DNA from: Mustelus asterias
Lineage: Eukaryota
Length of the DNA: 64,000 bases
NCBI RefSeq assembly: GCF_964213995.1
Contig: NC_135805.1
Span: forward strand, 24,242,001-24,306,000
Direction: 5' to 3'
In this document: positions 25,697 through 36,494 of the stretch, in pieces
Position numbering within the stretch: position 1 is the first letter of the stretch
Layout of the letters: each line of letters starts with the position of its first letter
The notes under the pieces: generated by a model
The model's input: only the letters and a program-made list of their open reading frames with translations
Database searches by the model: none
What the model was told of the DNA's origin: nothing
Made by a program: the position numbers and the translations under genes

Positions 25697-25968
25697 ACCA
25701 CTGTCTATGTGGAGTTTGCACTTTCTCCCTGTGTCTGAGAGTTTCATCTGGGTGTTCCAGTTTCCTCCCACAGTCCAAAGATGTGTGGGTTAGGTTAATT
25801 GACCATGCTAAATTGCCCTTAGTGTCCCAAGATGTGTAGGTTAGGGATATTAGCCGGGTAATTACATGGGGTTATGGGGATAGGGCCTATGTAAGATGCT
25901 CTGTCAGAGAGTTGATGCAGACCCGATTGGCTGAATGGCCGCCTTCTACACTGTAGGGATTCTATGTT
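25697..25968 (+). mobile_element. HE1-type V-SINE, 5'-truncated
   Basis: actgtctatgtggagtttgcac...cacagtccaaagatgtg...ggctgaatggcc...gggattctatg. Confidence 0.8.
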
Positions 25969-26839
25969 TCTAAAATAATTTATTTCACTGGTTCCTGACC
26001 TTTACTGCCCTGTGAAACCATTCACAATGTTCTTGGATACTGAACTAGTTTTTTTTGAGAATTCTGATAATTGGGTAAAACATGTTAACAAATATAATGG
26101 GGAGTTCAGAGCACTATTGTGGAAGGCTACAAATTCCTTGCTTATTAATAGCATGGAAGTATACCACATTTATTCTCTTTGTTGAAGAGTATCAGTCACC
26201 CAGGGGTGACTTCCACCTAAAATTTAGAAAATAACCCAACAGTTCTGTGTCAGAACCTGTTGCAAAAATATAATGAGATATTCATTGAGCTTAACCAATC
26301 ACCATTGTGATTACTATTAGCCATTGTTTTTCTTTTGTGCAAAATATCACAATATTCAAGAATGGTACTTATCTAGGGAACAGTAAAGTAGATTTAGTTA
26401 AGAGCAACATTCATCAGTTTTTTTGATTTGTGCTTGTGCGTCATGGTTACCTGAATAGTGTCCTGTGCTTACTCCAGATTTAATTGTGCAGACTGACAGC
26501 ATGGTTACCATGGCTGGGCCTTTACGTACAAATGTACAAGTTATAGTGCGCAGACCTCTGCCTTCAAAATATTCATTGGGTGCGATTTAATGAAAAGCAT
26601 TCTAAATGCCAAACCAGCGAGAAAATGGGAGAGAATGGTGCGGTTTTTTCAGTGAGCTGTGAGTCACAATCTTATGGCACTTAGTGCAAGCCCGGATGTG
26701 ATTCTCACTGGGGGGGAAGGAGCCTAAGCTCGCCGATGAAGCCAGCTGCTGAGCTTTTGGTGATCTCCCAGTGAGATGGGAGATCTCCTGCCATCTCCCA
26801 CCCCACCAACATTGGGACCACACACTGCCAATTACCCCT

Positions 26840-27110
26840 CACGATCGCCATCCCTGCAGAGTTCCCCTTCCCTCCCTGATCGCCACCTCTGCAGAGTTCC
26901 CCTTCCCTCCCTCATCCTCACCACCCGCAGAGTTGCCCTTCCCTCCGATCGCCACCCCTGCCGAGTTCCCCTTCGGTCCCCGATTGCCACCCCTATAGAG
27001 TTCCCTTCAGTCCCTGATCGCGACCCCCCCCGCAGGGTTCCCCTTCCCTCCCCAATTGCCAGCACCCCGCGGAGTTCCCATTTCCTTCCCGATCACCACC
27101 CATCTGCAGA
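26840..27110 (+). repeat. C-rich minisatellite, ~33-34 bp unit (cgatcgccacccccgcagagttccccttccctcc) x ~8, within a GC-rich repeat element starting ~26578
   Basis: Repeated cgatcgcca...gagttccccttccc motifs; this explains the Pro/Arg-rich pseudo-ORFs at 26771-27282. Confidence 0.75.
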
Positions 27111-27682
27111 GTCGTTATATAAATTTTTAAAAGTCAAGGCCCCAGTCCTGATCCTTGTGGCACATCACACGTTACCAACCAGAAAATATCCCATTTCAAC
27201 GACCTTGGGGTTATCAGTGAACAGAAATTCGATTGTACTCGCCACAAAAACACAGTGGCTACAAGAGCAGGTCAGAGGCTAGGAATACTGCGGCAAGTAA
27301 CACCTTCTGACTCCCCAAGCCTGTCCACCATAAACAAGGCACAAGTCAGGAGTGTGATGGAATACTCCCCACTTACCTGGATGAGTGCAGCTCCAATAAC
27401 GCTCAAGAAACTTGACACCATCCAGGACAAAGCAGCCCACATGACTGGCACCACATCCACAAACATCCACTCTCTCTACTGTTGACGCTCTGTAGCAGCA
27501 GTGTGTACTATCTGCAAGATGCACTGCAGCAATTCACCAAAGATCCTTAGCACCTTCCAAACCCATGACCACTTCCACCTAGAAGGATAAGGGCAGCAGA
27601 TACATGAGAACACATGACCTACAAGTTCCTCTCCAAGCCACTCGCCGCCCTGACTTAGAAGCATATCGTGGTGTGGAAGCAT

Positions 27683-28022
27683 ATCGCTTCTCGGCCTTTT
27701 GGCGAAGATCAAGTGTAGTATGGATTGGATGCTGCACTTGGTTGAGGTCATTGGGTTACATTGAAGCTTCATATGTTTCATATGAAGCAATTTTTAAAAG
27801 CTGCATCCCGGCCTTTTGGCTAAGATGCAAATGAGCTCAAGTCTTGGAGGAGGTGTTGCTTTGCTGCTCCAATCAACTTGGCTCATGTAGATCAGGCCCA
27901 GGACAGGGTGATTTGGTCGCTCGCCCTGTCTTGTCAGCCTGGATCTGAAATGTCTCAACTTGTTGAGACTCTGAATTGGATTTGATTTGATTGAATTGGA
28001 AAAGTATATTTTTTAAAAATAT
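27683..28022 (+). mobile_element. U2 snRNA-headed, highly structured SINE-like insert (candidate SINEU / non-autonomous Keno-Utopia derivative)
   Basis: 27683-27721 = U2 nt 1-39 (one mismatch at 27704); second U2 fragment at 27809-27826; five hairpins; AT-rich tail; 15-bp TSD atatcgtggtgtgga (27663-27677 and 28023-28037). Confidence 0.7.
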
Positions 28023-28028
28023 ATATCG

Positions 28029-28943
28029 TGGTGTGGAGATGCCGGCGTTGGACTGGGGTGAACGCAGTAAGAGTTTTAACAACACCAGGTTAAAGTCCAA
28101 CAGGTTTATTTGGTAGCCAATACCATTAGCTTTCGGAACGCTGCTCCTTCGTCAGATGGAGTGGGAATCTGCTCTCAAACAGGGCACAGAGACACAAAAT
28201 CAAGTTACAGAATACTGATTAGAATGCGAATCCCTACAAGATACAGACAATGTGAGTGGAGGGAGCATTAAGCACAGGTTAAAGAGATGTGTATTGTCTC
28301 CAGACAGGACAGCCAGCAAGTCCAGGAGGCAAGCTGTGGGGGTTACTGATAATGTGACATAAATCCAACATCCCGGTTTAGGCCGTCCTCGTGTGCGCAA
28401 TTTGGCTATCAGTTTCTGCTCAGCGACTCTGCGCTGTCATATGTCGTGTAGGCCGCCTTGGAGAACGCTTACCCGAAGATCAGAGGCTGAATGCCCGTGA
28501 CCGCTGAAGTGCTCCCCCACAGGAAGAGAACAGTCTTGCCTGGTGATTGTCGAGCGGTGTTCATTCATCCGTTGTTGTAGCGTCTGCATGGTTCCGCACA
28601 CATGAGGACGGCCTAAACCAGGATGTTGGATTTATGTCACATTATCAGTAACCCCCACAGCTTGCCTCCTGGACTTGCTGGCTGTCCTGTCTGGAGACGA
28701 TACACATCTCTTTAACCTGTGCTTAATGCTCCCTCCACTCACATTGTCTGTATCTTTAAGATCTGGTTGGTTGTAGGGATTCACATTCTAATCCGTATTC
28801 TGTAACTTGATTTTGTGTCTCTGTGCCCTGATTGAGAGCAGATTTCCACTCCATCTGACGAAGGAGCAGCGTTCTGAAAGCTAATGGTATTTGCTACCAA
28901 ATAAACCTGTTGGACTTTAACCTGGTGTTGTTAAAACTCTTAC
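28029..28943. mobile_element. Penelope-like element 3' fragment with inverted duplication, hammerheads on both strands
   Basis: Same family as 1-898; arms ~28066-28400 and ~28592-28943; HHR(-) 28123-28159, HHR(+) 28851-28887; TSD acttagaagcatatcg (27653-27668 and 28942-28957). Confidence 0.88.
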
Positions 28944-29149
28944 TTAGAAGCATATCGCCATTCCTTTGCAGTCGCTAGGTCAAAATCCTGGAATTCCCTC
29001 CCTAACAGCATTGTGGGTCAACCCACAGCGTGTGGACTGCAGCATTTCAAGAAGGCAGCTCACCATCACCTTCTCAAGGGCAACTAGGGATGGGCAATAA
29101 ATGCTGACCAGCCAGTGACGCCCATGCCCCATGAATGAATTTTTTAAAA

Positions 29150-32100
29150 ATGCCTTTTCCTGTTCCCTGTTAGCTAGACAATCTTCTGTCCAGGCCAATG
29201 TGTTACCCCCTACATCACTTTAAGCAATAACCTTTGATGTGGCACCTTATCAAATGCCTTCTGGAAATCTTAAGTACAGCACATCCACTGGTTCCCCGTT
29301 ATGCACAACATGTTATTTCCTGAAAGAACTCCAATAAATTGCTTAAATGTGATTTCCCTCACAAAACAATGTTTATTCTGCCTGATTGCCATTAATTTAT
29401 TAAAGTGTCCTGCCATAACATCTTTAATAATAGTTTCTAACAGTTTCCCAATGACAGATGTTAAGCTGATTGGCTTATATTTTCCTGATTTCTATCTTTT
29501 TGAGTAAAGGAATGAAACCTGTAAATCGAGGGAATTTTGGAAAGTTAAAACCAGTGCATCAATTATTTCACTAGTCACCTCTTTTAAGACCCTGGGATGA
29601 AGTCTATCCTGGGGCCTTGTCAGCCACAGCCCCAACAATTTGCTCAATGCCACTTCTCTGGTGATTGTAAGAGTTCCTCCTTCCTTCCACTTCCTGATTT
29701 ACAGATATTTGTGGGATGTTTCTTGTATTCTCTACAGTGAAGACAATGCAACATACCTGTTCAATTCAACTGCCATCTCCTTATTTTCCATTATTAATTC
29801 CCAGACTTGTTCCTCTCGGACCAACATTCATGTTGTTGATTCTTTTCTTCTTTAAGTATCTACATATACTCTTATTATTGGTCTTTCTCTCGTAATCTTA
29901 ATTCCCCCCCGCCCCCATCATTTTAGTCATTTTTTGCTGTTTTTTTTTAATGCTCTATCCAATCTTTTGACCTGCCACCCATCTTTGCCATTGTATGGTT
30001 TTTCTTTAAGTTCGATACAATCCTTAGCCTTTTTAGTTAAGTACAGAAGATGGGTGCTCCCCTTGGATTTTTTTTCATTGGAATGTGTCTATACTGTGTA
30101 TTCTGAAATACCAACTGAAGTGTCTGTCACTGCATCTCTGCCCTACCTTTTAACCTAATTTGCCAATTCACTTTAGCTAATTCTGCTTTGATGTCCTCAT
30201 AATTTCAGTTTAAAATACTAGGCTTCGATACCCTTTTTGTCTCCCTTAAACTGAATGTATCACTGTTGCACTGTGGTGCCTTTAGTTTGAGGTCATTAAT
30301 TTATCCTGTCTTGTTGCACAACACTAGGCTGTCCTCTGGTTGGCACCAGAATGTGCGGTTCTGAGAAACTATCCTTAAAACACTGTATGAATTCCTCATT
30401 TAGGCTACCTTTTGCCTATCTGATTTTTCCAGTTTATATGCGGATTAAAATCCCTCATATTATCACTGCACCTTTCTGACGAGCTCCTGTTATCTCTCCT
30501 TGATACTCTGTCCTACCGTGTAGTTACAATTAGGCCTGTACACCATTCCCACAAAGTGACTTCTTGCCTTTATCATTTCTCATCGCTACTCAAATCACTT
30601 CTACATCCTGATTTCCTGATCTTAGATCATACCTCTCTATGTTAATACCATCATTAATTAATAGAGTCACCCCATCCCACCTTTTCCTAGTTTCCTGTCC
30701 TTCTTAAAGGTCATGTACACTTCAATATTCAGGTCCAAATCTTTGTCTCTGTAATGGCTATCCAGTTGTACTTAGTTATTTCTGTTGGCACTATCAGTTC
30801 ATCTGTTTTGTTTTGAATGCTATATGCATTCTGATACAGAGCATTTAGCTTAGTTCATTTATTATTTTGTAACTTCTAGCCTTATCTGCTGATTTAGTGT
30901 AATCTCTGTCCCTTCCTGTCAGTCTGTTTGTCATTTCCCATATTAATAGCTTTCATGTCTTTCTCTACTCTTTGGTTTACCGCGTCTTCCCAAATTTGAT
31001 CTCATACCCCTCTCAAGAGCAGCATGGTGGCACAGTGGTTAGCACTACTGCCTCAGTGCCAGGGACCCGGATTCAATTCCCGGCTTGGGTCACTGTCAGT
31101 GTGGAGTCTGCACGTCCTTTCCGTGTCTGCATGGGTTTCCTCTGGGTCCGGTTTCCTCCCAAAGACGTACTGCTTTGGTGCGTTGGCCATGCTAAATTCT
31201 CCCTCAGTGTATCCGAACAGGCACCGGAGTGTGGCAACTAGGGCATTTTCACAGTAACTTCATTGCAGTGTTAATGTAAACCTACTTGTGACAAATAAAT
31301 AAACTTTAGAAACTTTAAACGCCCTCCTGAGCTATATATATGGTATGATTTATATGGATAGCGCACAAAACAATACTTTTCACTGTATCATGTTACATAT
31401 GACAGTAAATCAAATCACTATTTAATTTAAAACTCCCTACTTCCCCAGCTACCCGGTTCACTAGAAATTTGGTCCCAGCACTGTTCAGCTATAGACTGTC
31501 CCAACTGTACATCCTCCACTTTCCCCAGTATTGGTGCCAGTGCCCCACGAACTGGAACCCATTACTCCCACACCAGTCTTCGAGCCATGCAATTGTCTCT
31601 CTAATTTCATTTACCATATGCTAATTTGCACGTAGCACAGGTAATAATCCAGAACCTTTTGAGGTTTTACTTTTTAATTTAGTGCCTAGCTCCTTATACT
31701 GACTATGCAACTGACTATGCCAAACCTCTTTCTTATATCTACCTATGTCATTGGTTCCTACATGGACCACAACAACTGGATCCTACCCTCCCACTGCAAG
31801 TTCCTCTCCAGCCCTGAACAGACATCCCATACCATGGCATTGGACAGACACCACAGTCTTCTAGATTTTCGGCTTCAGAGAACAGTGTATACGCCCTTGA
31901 CTATACTGTTTCCTACTACCACTGCACTTCTTACTCTCCCCAAACCCCCTGCTTGTACAGCTTTCTGTACCATGGTGCCATGACCAGTTTGCTCATCTAC
32001 CTTGCAGACCTCAAATCTGTTTGCCAATTGGAGAGTCTGAAGCTCCTTGACTACTGTCTGCTCGGTCCCTTTACCTGCCTCACTCATGATTACACCCTCC

Positions 32101-32290
32101 TGTCCCTCACTGCTGACCAAAATGGACGACACTTTTCTAAGAGGTGTGACTATCTTAGAAAGTACAAAGTGGCAAGCTATTCTTCCCCCTCTCTGATGTT
32201 GTGTAGTATCTGCAGTTTAGCTACTATATCTACTGATCCAGAATTCCTCTAGCTACTGACACATTCTGTAGCTGTTTTGTGTCCAGGAAC
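29150..32290 (-). mobile_element. Old, long CR1 LINE (degraded ORF1 esterase region, endonuclease and RT), with later SINE and Rex1 inserts
   Basis: Minus strand: LANRFEV...AVVVGNSIV (ORF1), GHWHQYWG, and RT remnants (gcaccttatcaaatgccttctggaaatc = DFQKAFDKVP). Confidence 0.7.
31019..31320 (+). mobile_element. V-SINE family 2 (HE1-like head, non-CR1 tail)
   Basis: tRNA head + V-domain, then ctccctcagtgtatccgaacaggcaccggagtgtggcaactagg...cagtaacttcattgcagtgttaatgtaa...aaataaacttt. Confidence 0.8.
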
Positions 32291-32454
32291 TCCCATATTT
32301 CACAGCTGTACTGCCATTGTTACTTTTGTTATCTATTTAATTTAATCACTTCCTTAATTAGCTTAGTTTTTTGTGTGTGCTGCAATCACAAAGCCAGGCA
32401 ATAGCTTCGGCAATAGCCAAATAGAGCTCTGAGCCCTCTGCTCACTTTTGTCAG

Positions 32455-33085
32455 TGATGTGAGTCATTGATTGGGGTGCATCACAGTTGCAGTCAGGGTT
32501 CCATGCAAAGCCCCATTTGTGTCAATTTGCTGCACAAAGGCCATAACCAGTGTGGAAACAGTTGAAGAGTGCCCAATGTTGACATGGCAGATTGAAGCCG
32601 GATGGACAGGCTGTGATCTGTGATGAGGAAGTGGTTTTTAATGATGACGTGTTCATTCCATTACTGCTGCCTTGGAGTCTCTGTTGTTATTCCTTGGCAT
32701 GGTGGTCTTAATGTGGAGATGCCAACGTTGGACTGGGGTAAACACAGTAAGAAGTTTAACAACACCAGGTTAAAGTCCAACAGGTTTATTTGGTAGCAAA
32801 AGCCACAAGCTTTCGGAGCCCTAAGCCCCTTAAGGCTCCGAAAGCTTGTGGCTTTTGCTACCAAATAAACCTGTTGGACTTTAACCTGGTGTTGTTAAAC
32901 TTCTTATGGTGGTCTTAGCCATACATTCTGGCATGATCGGAGGCAAGCAGTAGGCGGATTGGTACGGTCCTTGTGTAGCGGCAGGCTTGGGTTGATGTAA
33001 ACCTTCTCCAAGAGCTTTCTTGTTGCAATCTCCCTCTGTATGTGACGAGGTATGTTGCTGAGACTGGGAGCCAGGGGAGTTAAGT
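32455..33085 (-). mobile_element. Vingi/Ingi-like LINE 3' fragment, degraded, interrupted by a PLE palindrome
   Basis: Minus-strand translation with frameshifts gives LPVLSNIP...PLHKD..NPP and PSGFNLP..HWALFNCFHTGYGLCAAN.HKWG...PDCNCD, the Vingi C-terminal pattern. Confidence 0.55.
32711..32905. mobile_element. Palindromic PLE pLTR mini-insert (centre falls inside hammerhead stem II)
   Basis: Inverted arms 32748-32820 and 32834-32906; TSD atggtggtctta (32699-32710 and 32906-32917). Confidence 0.85.
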
Positions 33086-33334
33086 TGATTGGTAGGAACC
33101 CGAGATAATGTAAATTATGTTGAGTTGGGTATCTCCAATAATAATTTCCATGTGTACTATAATTTGAAGGTGGCGCTAAAAGTTATACATTTCTTAATTC
33201 CTCATTGGCTTACCAGTTACTCATCAATCAACTCTTTGTGCTGCACTGAAGTAAGAAAAAAGTAGAAAAGAGGGTGCAATTCCACCCCGTCACCAAACTC
33301 CCCACTCACCAAACAGGCAGCTGTGAGAGGCAAG

Positions 33335-34810
33335 GGAGAAGATTGCAGGCACTCTGACCCAAATTTTCAATTCCTCTCTTGTCACAGGGGAGGTGCCAGA
33401 GGACTGGAGAACAGTCTGGTTCCACTATTTACGAAGGGTTGTAGAGATAAGCCAGGGAACTATATCCAGTGAGTCTTAAGTCAGTGGTAGGGAAACTATT
33501 GGAGAAACATCTGAAGGAGAGCATTTATCACCACCTGGAGAGGCAAGATTTGACCAGGGATAGTTAGCATAGCTTTGTCAGGGGGAGATCATGCCTAATA
33601 AATTTAATTGAATTTTTTGAGGAGGTGACCAGGTGTATAGATGAGGGTAGTGCAGTTGATGTAGTTCATATGGATTTCCGCAAAGCCTTTGACAAGGTCC
33701 CACATGGTCCATATATAAAGAAGGCAAATGCATATGGAATACAGGGTAATTTGATAAGGTGAATTCAAAATTGGCTTAGTTGTAGGAGACAGAGGGCGAT
33801 GACAGAAGGCTGCTTGATTGGAAGCCAGTGTCCGGTGGCATACCACAGCTGTGGGCCCCTATTTTTCGTTATTTATGTAAATGACGTAGATGACTATGTG
33901 GTGGGTAGGATTAGTAAGTTTGTGGATGACACAAAGATTGGCTGAGTAGTTAGGTTGAGTGTCTTGGGCTACAGGAAGATATAGACAGGCTGGTCAAATG
34001 GACTGATAAGTGGGAGATGGAATTTAACCCTGAAAAATGTGAGATAAGTTTGGAAGGAGTAATTTGACAAGGAAATATTCAATGAATGGCATGACACCAG
34101 GAAGTTCTGAGGAACAAAGGGACCTTGTCGTGTTTGTCTATAGATCTCTGAAGGTGGAAGGGCATGTTAGTGGGGTAGTGAAAAAGGCATATAGGACACT
34201 TACCTTTATCACTCGACGCATAGATCACAAAAGCAGGGAGGTCATGCTGGAGTTGTTTAGAACTTTGGTGAGACCATAGCTGGAGTACTGTGTACAGTTC
34301 TGGTCACCATACTATAGGAAGGATATGATTGCACTGTCGTGGGTGTAGAGGAGATTCGCCAGGACGTTGCCTGGGATAGTACGTTTAAGTTATGAAGAGA
34401 GGTTGGATAGGCTTGGGTTGTTTTAGTTGGAGCAGGAAAGGCTGAGGGGCAACCTGATTGAAAGGTACAGGATTATGAGGGGCATGATGGGGAGCAGCTG
34501 TTCCCCTTAGTTGAAGGATCAGTCACAGGGGAGACATAGGTTCAAGGTGAGGGACAGGAGGTTCAGGGGGGATGTGAGGAAAAACCTTTTTACCCAGAGG
34601 GCGGGGTGGTCTGGAATGCACTGCCTGGGAGGGTGGCAGAGGCAGGATGCCTCACATCCTTTAAAAAGTACCTGGATGAGCACTTGGCACATCATAACAT
34701 TCAAGGCTCTGGGCCAAGTGCTGGTAAATGGGATTAGATAGGTCAGGTGTTTCTCGCATGTTGGCGCAGACTCGATGGGCTGAAGGGCCTTTTCTGTGTT
34801 GTGTGATTCT
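33335..34810 (+). mobile_element. Degraded CR1 LINE (RT + 3' end)
   Basis: DVVHMDFRKAFDKVPHG, SKFVDDTK, TLVRP and FTQR remnants with stops and frameshifts; CR1 tail. Confidence 0.85.
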
Positions 34811-34811
34811 T

Positions 34812-34996
34812 TTGGTAGCAAAAGCCACTAGCTTTTGGAGCGCTGCTCCTTCGTCAGGTAAGTGCCACTTACCTGACGAAGGAGCAGCGCTCCAAAAGCT
34901 AGTGGCTTTTGCTACCAAATAAACCTGTTGGACTTTAACCTGGTGTTGTGAGACTTCTTACTGTGTTTACCCCAGTCCAATGCCGGCATCTCCACA
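34812..34996. mobile_element. Palindromic PLE pLTR mini-insert inserted in a CR1 tail
   Basis: Perfect palindrome 34811-34919 (1-nt centre); TSD ttgtgtgattctt (34799-34811 and 34997-35009); both hammerhead copies carry GAAA>AAAA. Confidence 0.87.
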
Positions 34997-35099
34997 TTGT
35001 GTGATTCTTGTCAGCTCAATCTGCTTGCGATCTCCACTCTGTATTGTTGATGATGTTTGACGCCTAATTTCACATACGTTTCTTGAAACATGGAAACTA

Positions 35100-35255
35100 A
35101 TTTTTTTTTTATTTGACTCATTATTGCCACTTGTATTGGTACACAGTGAAAAGTATTGTTTCTTGAGCGAAATACAGACGGCATACCGTACATAGAGAAG
35201 GAAAGGAGAGAGTGCAGAATGTAGTGTTGCAGTCATAGAGTGTAGAGAAAGACCA
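35100..35255 (-). mobile_element. Rex1/Babar LINE 3' tail
   Basis: Reverse complement of the tail at 59200-59335 (cattctgcactctctcctttccttctc...aatacttttcactgt). Confidence 0.7.
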
Positions 35256-35349
35256 ACTCGATGCTATAGATATATGATGTATCTAAGAGCATCCGAGAGA
35301 ATTTCTCTTGAAATGTTTCCCTTTTATTAACTGACGGTGCCTACTCTAA

Positions 35350-35900
35350 GAAAACAAAACCAACAGGAATGGCACACAATGAGGAAATAAAACAGCCTGA
35401 GTTGTCCAATGGATTTTCAGCACTGGATTTGGGCAAGGATAGAACTGCAGGCCATCGTAACCATGGTGAAAACTGTGGCACAAGGTAGTTACTCACGTGG
35501 TACAGGAAATGTGTAAGATTAGAGGATGAGATGATGCAATTTAATAGGGAAAGTTTATATGGCACAAAGGGGAAAAAAATGGAAAGATTTGGGGAAAAAG
35601 ATAAAGGTAGAAATGTTACAAACAGCACAAAACAAAAAGGTTGATATTGTGGTAGGCGGTAATAACGAACATAAGTATCAAAATGCCAGTTGTAATCATG
35701 GGAATTTTAGGCAACAAATGGAACATACAGTGGGGAGGATCTCTATAACTGATAAGTTGAGTACTTCAGCAACTTTTTCTTATGCAACAGGTGAAGTGAG
35801 AAAACTTAAGGGGTAAGGTAATATTGGATTTGCCCACAGCTAATGAAGAAGTCTTGTGCCAAGTTAAAGAAATGGAATATTGAGAGTTAAGTGATCATTT
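35350..35900 (+). mobile_element. Very old CR1 relic (ORF1 and endonuclease remnants)
   Basis: ELSNGFSAL (cf. LxNRFxxL), VVIMGNF (cf. IMGDFN), GKVILDL...NEE...LSDH (cf. RGEAILDL..NE..SDH). Confidence 0.5.
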
Positions 35901-36494
35901 ACCTACTGCTGATGGTGGGTGGAGGTAATGTCTACTTCCCTATTTGTAATCCGTATATTTTTAAAACTAATGTATGGCCCATGGAAGAATTGGTTAGTTT
36001 TTCATGAAGACGCAGAATTTATTTTAAAAGACCCCTTAATGTTGGGATATAGGGCAAATTGACTTTTTATTTTAAGAATGTTGTGGGTTGTTTGATTTAG
36101 ATGTTGGTTACTTAGAATGTTGTGGATTATCTCAGTTGCCATGGTGGAATTTGTCACAGCTGACAAAATGTGAGCAGAGCTTTTGGAGCAGGTTATTGGA
36201 TATGGATCCAACCTAAAGCGTCCTCAGTGAGATGGAAATTCGTAATAAAAATATTTTATTTTTTCATCATTGTAGTTCTAGAACAACAACCAGGCAGGGA
36301 AGAGCTGCATAATTGTAGTAACAAAGTGTGGCGGAGGGATGTGCTCTACTGAGTGCTGTTTTCATTTGTTTTGTTACTGTTGAGGACTAAAATTGGATCT
36401 AATTTGGTGTTATACTACTGTCTCTCGAAGGTACAAGATAGAAATAGCAGCTGAAATATCCAAAAAAAAGAGTTCTCTATTCATCCACCTGGCC

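Larger units (their letters stand above)
27190..29145 (+). mobile_element. L2/Crack-like LINE 3' end (host), interrupted at 27668 by a PLE and a U2-headed element; resumes at 28958
   Basis: AQVRSVMEYSPLTWMSAAPITLKKLDTIQDKAA; tail ctagggatgggcaataaatgctg...atgaatgaat; the host reads through acttagaagcatatcg|ccattcc. Confidence 0.7.

Noticed and set aside
26840-27110. CRISPR-like array
   Set aside because: Degenerate tandem units without unique spacers, in vertebrate DNA with no cas genes.
26771-27282. Pro/Arg-rich ORFs
   Set aside because: They are translations of a C-rich minisatellite.
27683-27721. Functional U2 snRNA gene
   Set aside because: Only nt 1-39 of U2 are present. There is no Sm site, 3' stem-loops or upstream promoter context, and it is flanked by a TSD, so it is a retroposed chimera.
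35369-35484. Apparent coding exon (MAHNEEIKQPELSNGFSALD...) that, spliced to 41897, would give a 52-aa uORF whose TGA overlaps the OARD1 ATG
   Set aside because: The segment lies in a decayed CR1 relic (LxNxFxxL, IMGNF, ILDL..SDH motifs) and lacks a good acceptor, so the ATGA overlap is probably coincidental without RNA evidence.
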